33,050 nucleotides of DNA from Candidatus Eiseniibacteriota bacterium (GTDB lineage Bacteria; Eisenbacteria; RBG-16-71-46; DASYSL01): contig JBKJJJ010000206.1 in the NCBI GenBank assembly GCA_046598045.1, positions 1-33,050 of the forward strand, read 5' to 3'. Both the position numbers and the translations under genes were made by a program. Numbering within the stretch: position 1 is the stretch's first letter; every line of letters begins with the position of its first letter. Below the pieces are notes generated by a model. It ran no database searches. It saw only the letters and a program-made list of their open reading frames with translations, and was not told the origin of the DNA. Positions 1-8,262 of this stretch are shown in pieces.

Positions 1-73
1 CGACCGTGCACGGCGGCGGCGCGACCTCGCGCGCGAGGCCCTCCCGGAACGGCGACAGCGCGAGTTCGCTCAC
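1..73 (-). CDS. zwf: N-terminus of glucose-6-phosphate 1-dehydrogenase (partial, runs off the window)
   Basis: GTG at 73-71 overlaps the tal-pgi stop (GTGA). It translates as VSELALSPFREGLAREVAPPPCTV, resembling the 'nPlreGl...p.PC.lVIFG' start of Zwf, and the pentose-phosphate context fits. Only 24 codons are visible. Confidence 0.65.
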   Translation of the reverse strand, partial: MSELALSPFREGLAREVAPPPCTV

Positions 74-2970
74 GAGGCCACGGCGCCCGTGCGCCCGGCC
101 AGCACGTGTTCGCACGCGGCGAGAAGCCGGTCGAGCGCGGCCAGGCGGTCGCCCTCGAGGTGGACGCGCAGCGCGCGCCGGTTCTTAGCCACCAGCGACT
201 CGAAGTCGCCCTGCGCCTGCGCGTCGATCAGCACGCCGAACGAGTAGGGCGCGCCGGGGATCGGCAGGTCGGCGCGGGCCTCGGCGGTGAGCATGAGGTA
301 GACGCCGGTCGCCGGACCGCCCTTGTGCAACTGCCCCGTCGAGTGGAGGTAGCGCGGCCCGGTGCCGAGCGTGGTCGCGACCTGGAGCCCGTCGCGCAGC
401 AGCGCCCGCAGTTGCGCGAGCTTCATGGCCTCGGCGGACGAGGGATCGAGGTACGCGAGCAGCGCGAGATAGTCCCCGCGCCCGGCGTGCCCCAGGTGCG
501 CCGCGAGCACGCGCTCGAAGGGGTCGCCATGGGGCTCGCCCCCAGCGGCGGCCGGCTTGAGCTCCGAGCCGTGCAGGCCACCGGCGTACGCCGACAGCGA
601 CTCGCCGCGCGCGAGCGCGTGCGCCGGCGCGAGCGATCCGTTCGCCTCGAACGCGGCGAGTGCGGCGGCGGTGTTCGCCTTGCTCTCGGACACGTTCGGC
701 TCGTCGAACGGATTGACCTCGAGGATCACGCCCGCCACCGCGGTCGCGACCTCCCAGCGCACGAACTCGGCGCCCAGATCGGTCAAGGCGCCGAGCGTGA
801 GCCAGAGCACCGGGTGGCCCGCGGCGACGAGCGCCTCGAGCGCTGCATCCGTTCCCGGCTGCGCCTCGCCGATTAGCCCGATCGCCACGAACAGCCGATC
901 CGGGCCGTACACGGCGGGCGGGCCGAGCGGCTCGTCCGAGGCGGGCACGATGCCCTTCTCGAGCTTGCCCGTGCTCTCGGCGATCAATTGCTCGAGCCAC
1001 GGACCGAGCGCCGCGGCGGAGGGAGTGACCACGAGCGTGAGCTTGTCCCGCCCCGCGCGCCACGCCTCGCCGAGCACGGCGCCGAGGCGCAGGCCCGGGT
1101 TCTCGCCCGTGCCCGCACGCGGGCCGCAGGCCTGGATCATGCCGACCGCGGGCGTGAGCAAGGGCTCGAGGTCGATCCCCGCGAGCGCCGCCGGCACGAG
1201 GCCGAAGTAGGTCAGCGCCGAGTAGCGCCCGCCCACGTCCGGCGCGTTGAGGAACGTGCGGCGGTACTTGCGGACCAGCGCGAGCGCCTCGAGCGGGCTG
1301 CCCGGATCGGTGATCGCGACGAAGTTCCGGCCGGGCGGGTCCACGCCTTGCGCGCGCACTTCGTCCTCGAAGAACGAGGCGAACGACAGGGTCTCGGTCG
1401 TGTTGCCGGACTTGGTCGAGACCACGAACAGCGTCTTCGCCGGATCGAGCCGCGCGCGCAGGCGCGCGACGCCGACCGGGTCGGTCGAGTCGAGCACGTG
1501 CAGGCGCAGCCGGCCGGGCGCCGCCGCGAACGTGCGCGCGAACAGGTCGGGACAGAGCGAAGAGCCGCCCATGCCCAGCACGACGGCGTCCGTGTAACCC
1601 TCGCCGGCGATCCCGTTCGCCCAGGCCTCGAGCGCCGCGCACTCGCCGGCCATCGTCCCGGGGGCGGTGAGCCAGCCGAGACGGTTCTGGATGGTCTTGC
1701 CGACCGCCGCATCGGCGGACCATAGCGTCGGGTCATGCGCGGAGAGTCGCTCGGCGGGCTTCCCCCCGGCGAGTGCGGCGAGGCGCGCGTCGACCGCGGG
1801 CTGGAGCGCGCCGAGCGACGCCTGCTCGCGCTCCGGCCCGGTCCACACCAGGCCGACGCGCCGCGCCTCGACGCGGGCGATCAACTCGTGGAACGAGTCG
1901 GCGAACGTGCGCACGCCGTCCCGCTCGAGCTTCGCGCACGCCTCCTCGAGCGACAGCCCGGTGCCCGCGAGGCGCGCCAGCACCTGCTTCGCGTCGGAGG
2001 CCGTGCCGGTGAGCGACTCGACCACGACGCCGTGATCGACGAACGCCTTGAGCGTGTCGGGCGGCATGGTGTTGACGGTGTCGGGCCCGGCCAGTTCGGC
2101 GACGTACTTGACGTCGGAGTAAGCCTTGTTCTTCGTGCCCGTGCTCGCCCACAGGGGGCGCTGGGTGCGTGCGCCCTTCGCCTGGAGCGCGTCCCAGCGC
2201 GCGCCGGCGAACAGCTCCATGAAACGCCCGTATGCGACGCGCGCGTTCGCGACCGCGATCGTGCCGAGCAGCGACTTCGCAGCGTCCCCGACCGCGGGCG
2301 GACCGGTCTGCCCGATCGCGTCGAGCTGCGGGTCGAGCAGCGAGTCGACGCGGCTGACGAAGAACGAGGCGACCGACGCGATCCTCGCCACGTCGCCGCC
2401 CCGGGCGAGCAGGTCCTCGAGCCCCGCGAGGTAGGCCTCGACCACGCGCTCATAGACGGCCACCGAGAAGATGAGCGTGACGTTGATGTTGATCCCCTCG
2501 CCGATCGCCGCGCGGATCGCGGGCACGCCCTCGGCGGTGGCCGGGATCTTGACCATGACGTTCGGCCGTGCGACCGCGGCCCACAGGCGGCGCGCCTCGG
2601 CGAGCGTCTCGGCCGTCGAGCGCGCGAGCAGCGGTGAGACCTCGATCGAGGCGTAGCCGTCCTTGCCTCCAGTCTTGTCGTAGACGGGGCGCAGGACGTC
2701 GCACGCGCCCTGGATGTCGGCGATCGCGAGCGCGTCGAAGATCTCGCTCGCGCTCCTGCCCGCGCGCGCGAGCGTCGCGAGTTCCGCGTCGTAATCGGGC
2801 GAGCCGGCGATCGCCTTCTCGAAGATCGTCGGGTTCGAGGTCAGCCCGGAGACGAGGCCCCCGTCGACCATGCGCTTGAGCTCGCCGCCGGTCAGCAGGT
2901 CGCGACGAATGAAGTCGAGCCACACGCTCTGTCCGGCCTCGAACAGGGCGTGCACGGGATTCGCTGCCAT
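70..2970 (-). CDS. tal: Bifunctional transaldolase / phosphoglucose isomerase fusion (966 aa)
   Basis: Transaldolase motifs GQSVWLD, GLTSNPTIF, VMVKIPAT (Schiff-base Lys) and PLWASTG are followed by PGI motifs GMGGSSL, KSGNTTET, GGRYS and EQLIAESTGK. Start reassigned to ATG 2970, which has AGGAG 8 nt upstream. Confidence 0.95.
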   Translation of the reverse strand: MAANPVHALFEAGQSVWLDFIRRDLLTGGELKRMVDGGLVSGLTSNPTIFEKAIAGSPDYDAELATLARAGRSASEIFDALAIADIQGACDVLRPVYDKTGGKDGYASIEVSPLLARSTAETLAEARRLWAAVARPNVMVKIPATAEGVPAIRAAIGEGININVTLIFSVAVYERVVEAYLAGLEDLLARGGDVARIASVASFFVSRVDSLLDPQLDAIGQTGPPAVGDAAKSLLGTIAVANARVAYGRFMELFAGARWDALQAKGARTQRPLWASTGTKNKAYSDVKYVAELAGPDTVNTMPPDTLKAFVDHGVVVESLTGTASDAKQVLARLAGTGLSLEEACAKLERDGVRTFADSFHELIARVEARRVGLVWTGPEREQASLGALQPAVDARLAALAGGKPAERLSAHDPTLWSADAAVGKTIQNRLGWLTAPGTMAGECAALEAWANGIAGEGYTDAVVLGMGGSSLCPDLFARTFAAAPGRLRLHVLDSTDPVGVARLRARLDPAKTLFVVSTKSGNTTETLSFASFFEDEVRAQGVDPPGRNFVAITDPGSPLEALALVRKYRRTFLNAPDVGGRYSALTYFGLVPAALAGIDLEPLLTPAVGMIQACGPRAGTGENPGLRLGAVLGEAWRAGRDKLTLVVTPSAAALGPWLEQLIAESTGKLEKGIVPASDEPLGPPAVYGPDRLFVAIGLIGEAQPGTDAALEALVAAGHPVLWLTLGALTDLGAEFVRWEVATAVAGVILEVNPFDEPNVSESKANTAAALAAFEANGSLAPAHALARGESLSAYAGGLHGSELKPAAAGGEPHGDPFERVLAAHLGHAGRGDYLALLAYLDPSSAEAMKLAQLRALLRDGLQVATTLGTGPRYLHSTGQLHKGGPATGVYLMLTAEARADLPIPGAPYSFGVLIDAQAQGDFESLVAKNRRALRVHLEGDRLAALDRLLAACEHVLAGRTGAVAS

Positions 2971-3002
2971 CGGGATTGCTCCTTGGGAAAGTGGGTCAGC
3001 GG

Positions 3003-3111
3003 CGCGGCTAAAACGCGCAGCCTCTGGCTCCAAGGTAACGCCGTTGCATCCGGCAACACAACCGTGCCGCCGGGGCGAACAATGCGCGTGTGGTTCGCGG
3101 CTGAAACGCGC
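3003..3111. repeat. Two copies of a 16-bp motif CGCGGCTRAAACGCGC (3003-3018 and 3096-3111), candidate operator pair
   Basis: Direct repeat with one mismatch, 93 bp apart, flanking the putative tal promoter. Confidence 0.55.
3032..3061 (-). promoter_or_regulatory. Candidate sigma70-type promoter of the tal-pgi-zwf operon
   Basis: On the minus strand TTGTGT-N18-TACCTT, with the palindrome GTTGC-N5-GCAAC (3043-3057) overlapping the spacer and -35. Confidence 0.35.
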
Positions 3112-3149
3112 TCCCACACGACCGAATCGGGACGGACCGTCCAGCCCGT

Positions 3150-3165
3150 TGTCCCGGACGGGACA
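3150..3165. promoter_or_regulatory. Candidate enhancer (UAS) for a sigma54 activator
   Basis: Palindrome TGTCCC-GGAC-GGGACA fits the TGT-N10-ACA pattern and lies about 90-100 bp upstream of the -24 element. A degenerate second copy is at 3119-3134. Confidence 0.5.
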
Positions 3166-3253
3166 CCCGGCGGGCGCGGAGCGCTGCCGGAACAGTTGAA
3201 CCCCTGCCCCCGGGCTCGCACAGGATCGTTACTTAACGCCCCGAGGGTTTCCG

Positions 3254-3267
3254 GGCACGCGGCTTGC
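3254..3267 (+). promoter_or_regulatory. Sigma54 (RpoN) -24/-12 promoter
   Basis: GGCACG-CGGC-TTGC is an exact match to the core GGCACG-N4-TTGC, 40 nt upstream of ATG 3307. Confidence 0.7.
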
Positions 3268-3306
3268 GAAGGCCATGGTCGTGAGGGGCAAACGGGGAGG
3301 GATCAC

Positions 3307-4086
3307 ATGACAAAGACTTGGCAGCGTGGAACATGCCTCACGGCCGCAGTGGTGGTCGGAACGATGACGAGTCTTGCAGTCCACACGCTGCCGGCGCGGG
3401 CCGGGGCGGGCGCATTCGCGATCGACGCCCAGCGCTACTCGATCGATGGCGGGCGATTGGTCAAGTCGGCGACCGCGATCGGCGTGCTCGCATCTCCCGG
3501 GTACGACGCGTCGCTTGCGCTGTCGCGCATCGACGACTCGTTCGACGGCGCGGGGTACGCGGCCGGCGTCGGCGGCTCCGTCGGGCTGGCCCCGGCCCTG
3601 TCCCTGCGGGGCGGCGTGACGCGCGTCCTGCGATCGACTGCGCCGGACGCCTGGAGCATGCGGCTGGGGCCGGAGGTCCACCTCGGCCAGACCACGCTCG
3701 GAGCGAATGTGTTCCGTTCGCGCCGCGATGACGGAGTCGTCACGCGCGGTGTCACGGGAGACCTCGAGCAGGCGCTCGGAACCCGTTTCGCGACGCACGT
3801 GGGCGGATCCTTCGCCCGCACTGCGGGTGAAGCCGATGCGCAGGCGGGTGAAGTCGGGGCGCGCTGGCAGGCGGTGGGACCGCTCCACCTGCTTGCGGAT
3901 GTCGGCCTGGCGCGCGATCCCTCGGGGGTGCTGTCCGGAGGTAGCGGCGGTGGAGCGGGCGGCGGGCCCATCGGAGGCCTGGGTCCCGGTCTCGGGCTGG
4001 GTCCTGACCCGAACCGGGCCGGCACCGGAAATCCCGATTCGGCGCGCCTGACGGCGCGCTTCGGAGTTCGCATCATCCTGCCCTGA
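3307..4086 (+). CDS. Hypothetical exported protein, putative outer-membrane beta-barrel (259 aa)
   Basis: SD GGGGAGG precedes ATG 3307, and the signal peptide ends ..PARA. It has alternating amphipathic strand patterns, a Gly-rich loop and a terminal strand RLTARFGVRIILP. Confidence 0.7.
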   Translation: MTKTWQRGTCLTAAVVVGTMTSLAVHTLPARAGAGAFAIDAQRYSIDGGRLVKSATAIGVLASPGYDASLALSRIDDSFDGAGYAAGVGGSVGLAPALSLRGGVTRVLRSTAPDAWSMRLGPEVHLGQTTLGANVFRSRRDDGVVTRGVTGDLEQALGTRFATHVGGSFARTAGEADAQAGEVGARWQAVGPLHLLADVGLARDPSGVLSGGSGGGAGGGPIGGLGPGLGLGPDPNRAGTGNPDSARLTARFGVRIILP

Positions 4087-4113
4087 CGTATTGCGCGTGG
4101 GTAGGCCCTGGCC

Positions 4114-4160
4114 GGGCGCGAGTCAACGCGCCCCGAAATGGAGTGGCCGGAAGCCGCTCC
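4114..4160 (+). other. Two tandem intergenic RNA hairpins (possible mRNA stability or processing elements)
   Basis: GGGCGCG-N6-CGCGCCC (4114-4133) and GGAGTGGC-N5-GCCGCTCC (4140-4160, one G-U pair). Neither has a U-tract. Confidence 0.4.
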
Positions 4161-4188
4161 TTCACACTTCAACGAGGAGAACTCAGCC

Positions 4189-4944
4189 ATGAATCGCAAC
4201 CTGCACCTCCGCAAGGAAGTTCTCGCCCTGTTGCTGGTGATGGGAACCGCCCACGGCGCGCTCGCCGAGGGCACGCAGAGCACAACCGAAGCCGCTGCCC
4301 AGGCGGCGATGAGCGCGGATGCCGGCTCGGCGACGAGTGTCTCGGCCGACGCATCGGTGAGCACGCGCGCGGACCTCGCCCGGCGTCTCGAGGAGCGCGC
4401 GGCGAAGGTCTCGGCGAAGTCGCAGGCGGAGGTCAGCGGCAAGCTCGAAGCCACCGCCAAGAAGGTGGACGACACCGACGCCAGCTCCGCCGAGTCCAAG
4501 ATCGCGGGCCGGATCGGCGCGGAGTTCGGGATGACCACCCAGGCGGTGCTCGACGAGAAGCAGGCACTCGATGCCTCGTGGGGCAATCTCATGATCGCGC
4601 ACACGCTGGCGGCGAGCGGTTCGTCCGACGCCAACGCGACGGTCGCGAACCTCGAGGCGATGCACGAGGCGGGCATGGGCTGGGGCAAGATTGCCGCCGG
4701 CCTCGGCTTGAACCTCGGGCAGACCATGAGCGCGGTGCAGGCCGAGTCGCGCGTCGCGGCGGGACTCGCGCGTGCCGACGGAAAGGTCGCGTCCATCAAC
4801 GCGGACGGCGCAAGCCGTGCCGCACTGCGCGGCGCGAATGCCAATGCCAACGCGAACGCGAATGCGGCCGCGAAGGCCGCCGGCGCCTCGGCGAGCGCCT
4901 CGGTGGACGGCGCGGTCGGCCACGCGCTCGGTCACGGCAAGTAA
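4189..4944 (+). CDS. Hypothetical secreted Ala-rich protein with an 'SWG..GWG' helical domain and (AN)5 tract (251 aa)
   Basis: SD GAGGAG precedes ATG 4189, and the signal peptide ends ..GALA. Codon usage is strongly GC3-biased, and a terminator follows. Confidence 0.85.
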   Translation: MNRNLHLRKEVLALLLVMGTAHGALAEGTQSTTEAAAQAAMSADAGSATSVSADASVSTRADLARRLEERAAKVSAKSQAEVSGKLEATAKKVDDTDASSAESKIAGRIGAEFGMTTQAVLDEKQALDASWGNLMIAHTLAASGSSDANATVANLEAMHEAGMGWGKIAAGLGLNLGQTMSAVQAESRVAAGLARADGKVASINADGASRAALRGANANANANANAAAKAAGASASASVDGAVGHALGHGK

Positions 4945-4970
4945 CCGCACCGGTTCTTCCCTGCAACGAG

Positions 4971-5005
4971 GACGGGCGCCCCTTCGGGGGCGCCCGTCGT
5001 GTTTT
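4971..5005 (+). terminator. Intrinsic terminator
   Basis: Perfect 12-bp stem GACGGGCGCCCC / GGGGCGCCCGTC with a C(UUCG)G tetraloop, followed by GTGTTTT. It lies between convergent genes. Confidence 0.85.
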
Positions 5006-5031
5006 CATCCCGCGGCACATTTCCGCGCCGC

Positions 5032-5394
5032 TCAGGGCGTGTAGCGCTTGTCCTCGATCAAGACGGTCAGCGACTCGGTGCCCAACGTGTAGCCGCTCTT
5101 GAGCGTGCCCTGGACGCCGACCTTCGCGCCCTCGCGCGGCACGCCGCCGCTCTTGGTCACGACGGTGATCCCGCCCGTGCCATCGTTCACCTTGTAGAAG
5201 CCGGCACCCAGCGCGCCGGCCGAGCTGGTGACTGTGCCGGCGATGCGCACCGTCCCGGTGTAGCGCGAGGGGTCGTCGAGCAGCTCCTTGATCGGGGTCG
5301 CACCCTTGCAGCCGGCGAGCGTGAGGAGGCCGAGCGCGGCGAGGGCCAGCAACCGGGGCGCGCGACGGCGCGCGATGTTCGTGGGGAAGCGCAT
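5032..5394 (-). CDS. Small lipoprotein with probable OB-fold (120 aa)
   Basis: SD GGAGG precedes ATG 5394, and the lipobox is LAGC. The pattern 'IKELLDDP..Y...VRIAGTV...Y.V.DGTG.I.V......P..G.KV.V.G' is OB-fold-like. Confidence 0.8.
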   Translation of the reverse strand: MRFPTNIARRRAPRLLALAALGLLTLAGCKGATPIKELLDDPSRYTGTVRIAGTVTSSAGALGAGFYKVNDGTGGITVVTKSGGVPREGAKVGVQGTLKSGYTLGTESLTVLIEDKRYTP

Positions 5395-5516
5395 ATCTGG
5401 AACCTCCGTGTCGGTGGAGCGGCGGGCGGACTGCATCCCGAGCCTACCACCGCGGCCCGGCAGGCGGTACCCTGTCGCGGGACGCGGGACTGGGCCCGCG
5501 ACCGATGGGAGGAAGC

Positions 5517-6068
5517 ATGGCCCTGATGCCCCTGCTGCACTGGGAAACCGCGCGCCCGAAGTCCGCCGTCCGCGCAGTCGTCCTTGCGCTCGTCCTTGCC
5601 CTGGGGATGGCCTCTTCGGCCCGGACCGAGGTCCTCCTCCCGAAACCCCTCAGGCCCCCGCCCGTGGCCACCATGCCTGCACCGCCGATGCCGGGCTGTC
5701 GCATCGTGCCAGCCCCCGCGCGCGAACCGAGCGACGACGACATCGAACGCTGGAACCAAAGCATCGGCGCCGTCACGCCCGCGCAGGAGGCGCGCATGGC
5801 CGATCGCATGGCCACCTGGTATGGCGGAACGCGCGCGCGCATGTTCAAGGAGCGGGACGGCGGGTGGCGCTCGTGGGGGCAGATCGTGCTCGCGCACGAG
5901 ATCGCGCGCCGCTCCCATCGCCCCGTCGCCGAGATCTGGCGGCTGCGTGAAAGCAAGCTCCTGGGATGGGAAAGAATCGCGAAACGCCACGGGCTCTCGC
6001 TCGGCGCCGTGAGGCGATCCGCGGAGCGTCGCGTCGACGCGCTCAACCGCGCGGCGAACGCGCGCTGA
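5517..6068 (+). CDS. Hypothetical exported Arg-rich protein with an 'SWG..GW' helical domain, paralogous to 4189-4944
   Basis: SD GGGAGG precedes ATG 5517. It has a hydrophobic signal segment, a Pro-rich linker and a domain that aligns by eye to the 4189 protein. Confidence 0.7.
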   Translation: MALMPLLHWETARPKSAVRAVVLALVLALGMASSARTEVLLPKPLRPPPVATMPAPPMPGCRIVPAPAREPSDDDIERWNQSIGAVTPAQEARMADRMATWYGGTRARMFKERDGGWRSWGQIVLAHEIARRSHRPVAEIWRLRESKLLGWERIAKRHGLSLGAVRRSAERRVDALNRAANAR

Positions 6069-7937
6069 TCAGCAGCACGGCGAGTGCGGAGGTCCGGGGC
6101 TGCCCCCCGCCGCCGCGTACGCCACTCCGCCCAGCGCCGCCCGCTCGGCCCTTCGCTGCGGGGCGCGCACCCAGGCGAGCACGGCCTCGATCAGCACGAG
6201 CACGACGCACACCATCATGATCGTCGTCAGCGCCGCGTCCACGACTCCGGTCGACGCCTTCGCGGGATCCGCCGAGCGCGCGAGCGGCAGAAAGTTGTCG
6301 CGCACCGAGAGGAAGCCGGCGGTCAGCGTGCTGGTGGCGACGAACACCAGCGGCGCCGCGGTGCACCACGCGTAGCGCTGCCGCCCGGCGTTGACCAGTA
6401 GCGTGGTGCCGATCGCGAGCGCCATCGAGGCGAGCAGCTGGTTCGCGATCCCGAACATCGGCCAGATCGTCGAGATGCTGCCGGTCAGGATGAAGTAGCT
6501 CCAACCCGCCACGATCACGAGCGTGGAGAGGATCGTGCCCGGCATCCAGTCGACGCGGCCGAACGGCTTCCAGGCGCGGCCGACGAACTCCTGCAGCAGG
6601 AAGCGCGACACGCGGGTCCCGGTATCGATGGTCGTCAGGATGAACAGCGCCTCGAACATGATCGCGAAGTGGTACCAGTAGGACATCAGCCCGCGCATGC
6701 CGGGCAGCCCCGAGAACACCTGCGCCATCCCGACCGCGAGCGACACCGCCCCGCCCGGCCGCGCCGCGAGCGACTCCCCGACCTGCCCCTCGAGGTCGTG
6801 CAGGTTGACCGGCAGCATGCCGAGCCCCGCGAACTTGTCGGCCGCGACGTTGATCGCGAAGTAGTCGGCCGGGTGGAGCGCGGTCGCGGCGATCAGCGCC
6901 ATCACGCCGACAAACCCCTCCATCAGCATCGCGCCGTAGCCGATCATGCGCGCGTCGCTTTCCTTGTCGAGCATCTTGGGCGTGGTGCCCGAACCGACGA
7001 GCGCGTGAAAGCCCGAGATCGCACCGCACGCGATGGTGATGAACAGGAACGGGAAGAGCGTCCCGGGCACGATCGGCCCGCCCCCGTGGACGAACGGCGT
7101 GAACGCGGGCATCTGGAGCCGCGGGTTGACCACGATCACGCCGATCGCCAGGAACAGGATCGTGCCCACCTTCATGAAGCTCGAGAGGTAATCGCGCGGG
7201 CACAAGAGGATCCACACCGGCAGCACCGAGGCGACGAAACCGTACACCGCCATCGCGAGCGTGACCTGCACCTTGCCGAGCGTGAAGAACGGCGCGAGCG
7301 CCGGGTTCAGCGACACGGAGCGCCCCAGCACGACGCACGCCAGCATGAGCACGACGCCGATCGCGGTCGCCTCGACGATCTTGCCCTTGCGGAAGCGGTA
7401 CATGTAGAGGCCCATCCCGAACGCGATCGGGATCGACATGCCGATCGTGAACGCGCCCCACGCCGAATCGCGCAGCGCGTTGACGACGGCGAGCCCGAGA
7501 CCCGCGAGCGCGATCACGACCACGAACAGGATCGCGATTGCGCACAACACGTACGCGCGCGGCGAGATCTCGACCAGCGCGAGCTCGGCGAGCGAGCGCC
7601 CGCCCGAGCGCGTGCTGGCCGTCAGGATGACGAAGTCGTGCACCGCGCCCGCGAGGCACACGCCGATCACGAGCCAGAGGAAGCCGGGTGCGTAGCCGAA
7701 CTGCGCCGCGAGCACCGGACCGATCAGCGGGCCGGCGCCGGTGATCGCCGCGAAGTGGTGGCCGAACAGGACCCAGCGATTCGTGGGGACGAAGTTGTGT
7801 CCATCGGACCGCGTGTGGGCGGGCGTGGGGCGCGTGTCGTCGAGCGCCAGCGCCCTGGCGGCGAGGAACGCGGAGTAATAGCGGTACGCGATCGCGAGGA
7901 CGACGGCGGCGGTGAGGACCAGCGGAAGCGCGTGCAT
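6069..7937 (-). CDS. cstA: Carbon starvation protein A family peptide/pyruvate transporter
   Basis: Motifs TPAH, VLFGHHFAAITGAGPLIGP, PRDYLS, ITIACGAISGFH and IWPMFGIANQLLA, with many TM segments. Confidence 0.95.
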   Translation of the reverse strand: MHALPLVLTAAVVLAIAYRYYSAFLAARALALDDTRPTPAHTRSDGHNFVPTNRWVLFGHHFAAITGAGPLIGPVLAAQFGYAPGFLWLVIGVCLAGAVHDFVILTASTRSGGRSLAELALVEISPRAYVLCAIAILFVVVIALAGLGLAVVNALRDSAWGAFTIGMSIPIAFGMGLYMYRFRKGKIVEATAIGVVLMLACVVLGRSVSLNPALAPFFTLGKVQVTLAMAVYGFVASVLPVWILLCPRDYLSSFMKVGTILFLAIGVIVVNPRLQMPAFTPFVHGGGPIVPGTLFPFLFITIACGAISGFHALVGSGTTPKMLDKESDARMIGYGAMLMEGFVGVMALIAATALHPADYFAINVAADKFAGLGMLPVNLHDLEGQVGESLAARPGGAVSLAVGMAQVFSGLPGMRGLMSYWYHFAIMFEALFILTTIDTGTRVSRFLLQEFVGRAWKPFGRVDWMPGTILSTLVIVAGWSYFILTGSISTIWPMFGIANQLLASMALAIGTTLLVNAGRQRYAWCTAAPLVFVATSTLTAGFLSVRDNFLPLARSADPAKASTGVVDAALTTIMMVCVVLVLIEAVLAWVRAPQRRAERAALGGVAYAAAGGSPGPPHSPCC

Positions 7938-7955
7938 GGGGGGCGCGCGGCCTGG

Positions 7956-8210
7956 CTACTCGTCGTTCGCGTAGCCGCGCGCGAGCGTCGGATTGCGCGG
8001 GCCGACCTCGCCGCCCGAGGAAACGCCCGGGCCAGGCAGCCAGCGCTTCGGGTTCGGGTCGAGGTCGAGCCGCGGCGGCATCTGCGAGAGCAGCGGCGGC
8101 GCGATCTTCGCACGCAGGACGTTGCAGCGCGCGCAGCGCTCCCAGGTCAGGCCGCTGCCGGGACCTTCGACCGGCTGGAACTTGTGGGTGAACGGGATGC
8201 AGAACGCCAT
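7956..8210 (-). CDS. Small hypothetical protein with C-x4-H...C-x2-C putative zinc finger (84 aa)
   Basis: It fills the gap between DUF1015 and cstA on the same strand, has AAAGGA upstream of the ATG and has GC3-rich codons. Confidence 0.65.
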   Translation of the reverse strand: MAFCIPFTHKFQPVEGPGSGLTWERCARCNVLRAKIAPPLLSQMPPRLDLDPNPKRWLPGPGVSSGGEVGPRNPTLARGYANDE

Positions 8211-8262
8211 CGGCTCAGAACTTCCTTTCGTCGTCGGTGATAAAGCCTTGTCCGCGCGTTGT

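Noticed and set aside
3222..3240. IHF site between the enhancer and the sigma54 promoter (GATCGTTACTTAAC)
   Set aside because: It is AT-rich and well placed but a poor match to WATCAA-N4-TTR.
2971..3306. N-terminal extensions of the 70..3117 and 2950..4086 ORFs
   Set aside because: Better starts with SD sequences exist at 2970 and 3307, and the interval holds promoter elements.
6063..6074. Palindrome GCTGATCAGC at the cstA junction, and possible Sec read-through of the TGA after Cys-Cys
   Set aside because: The palindrome is explained by two abutting TGA stops. No SECIS-like hairpin was recognised, and read-through would enter the convergent gene.
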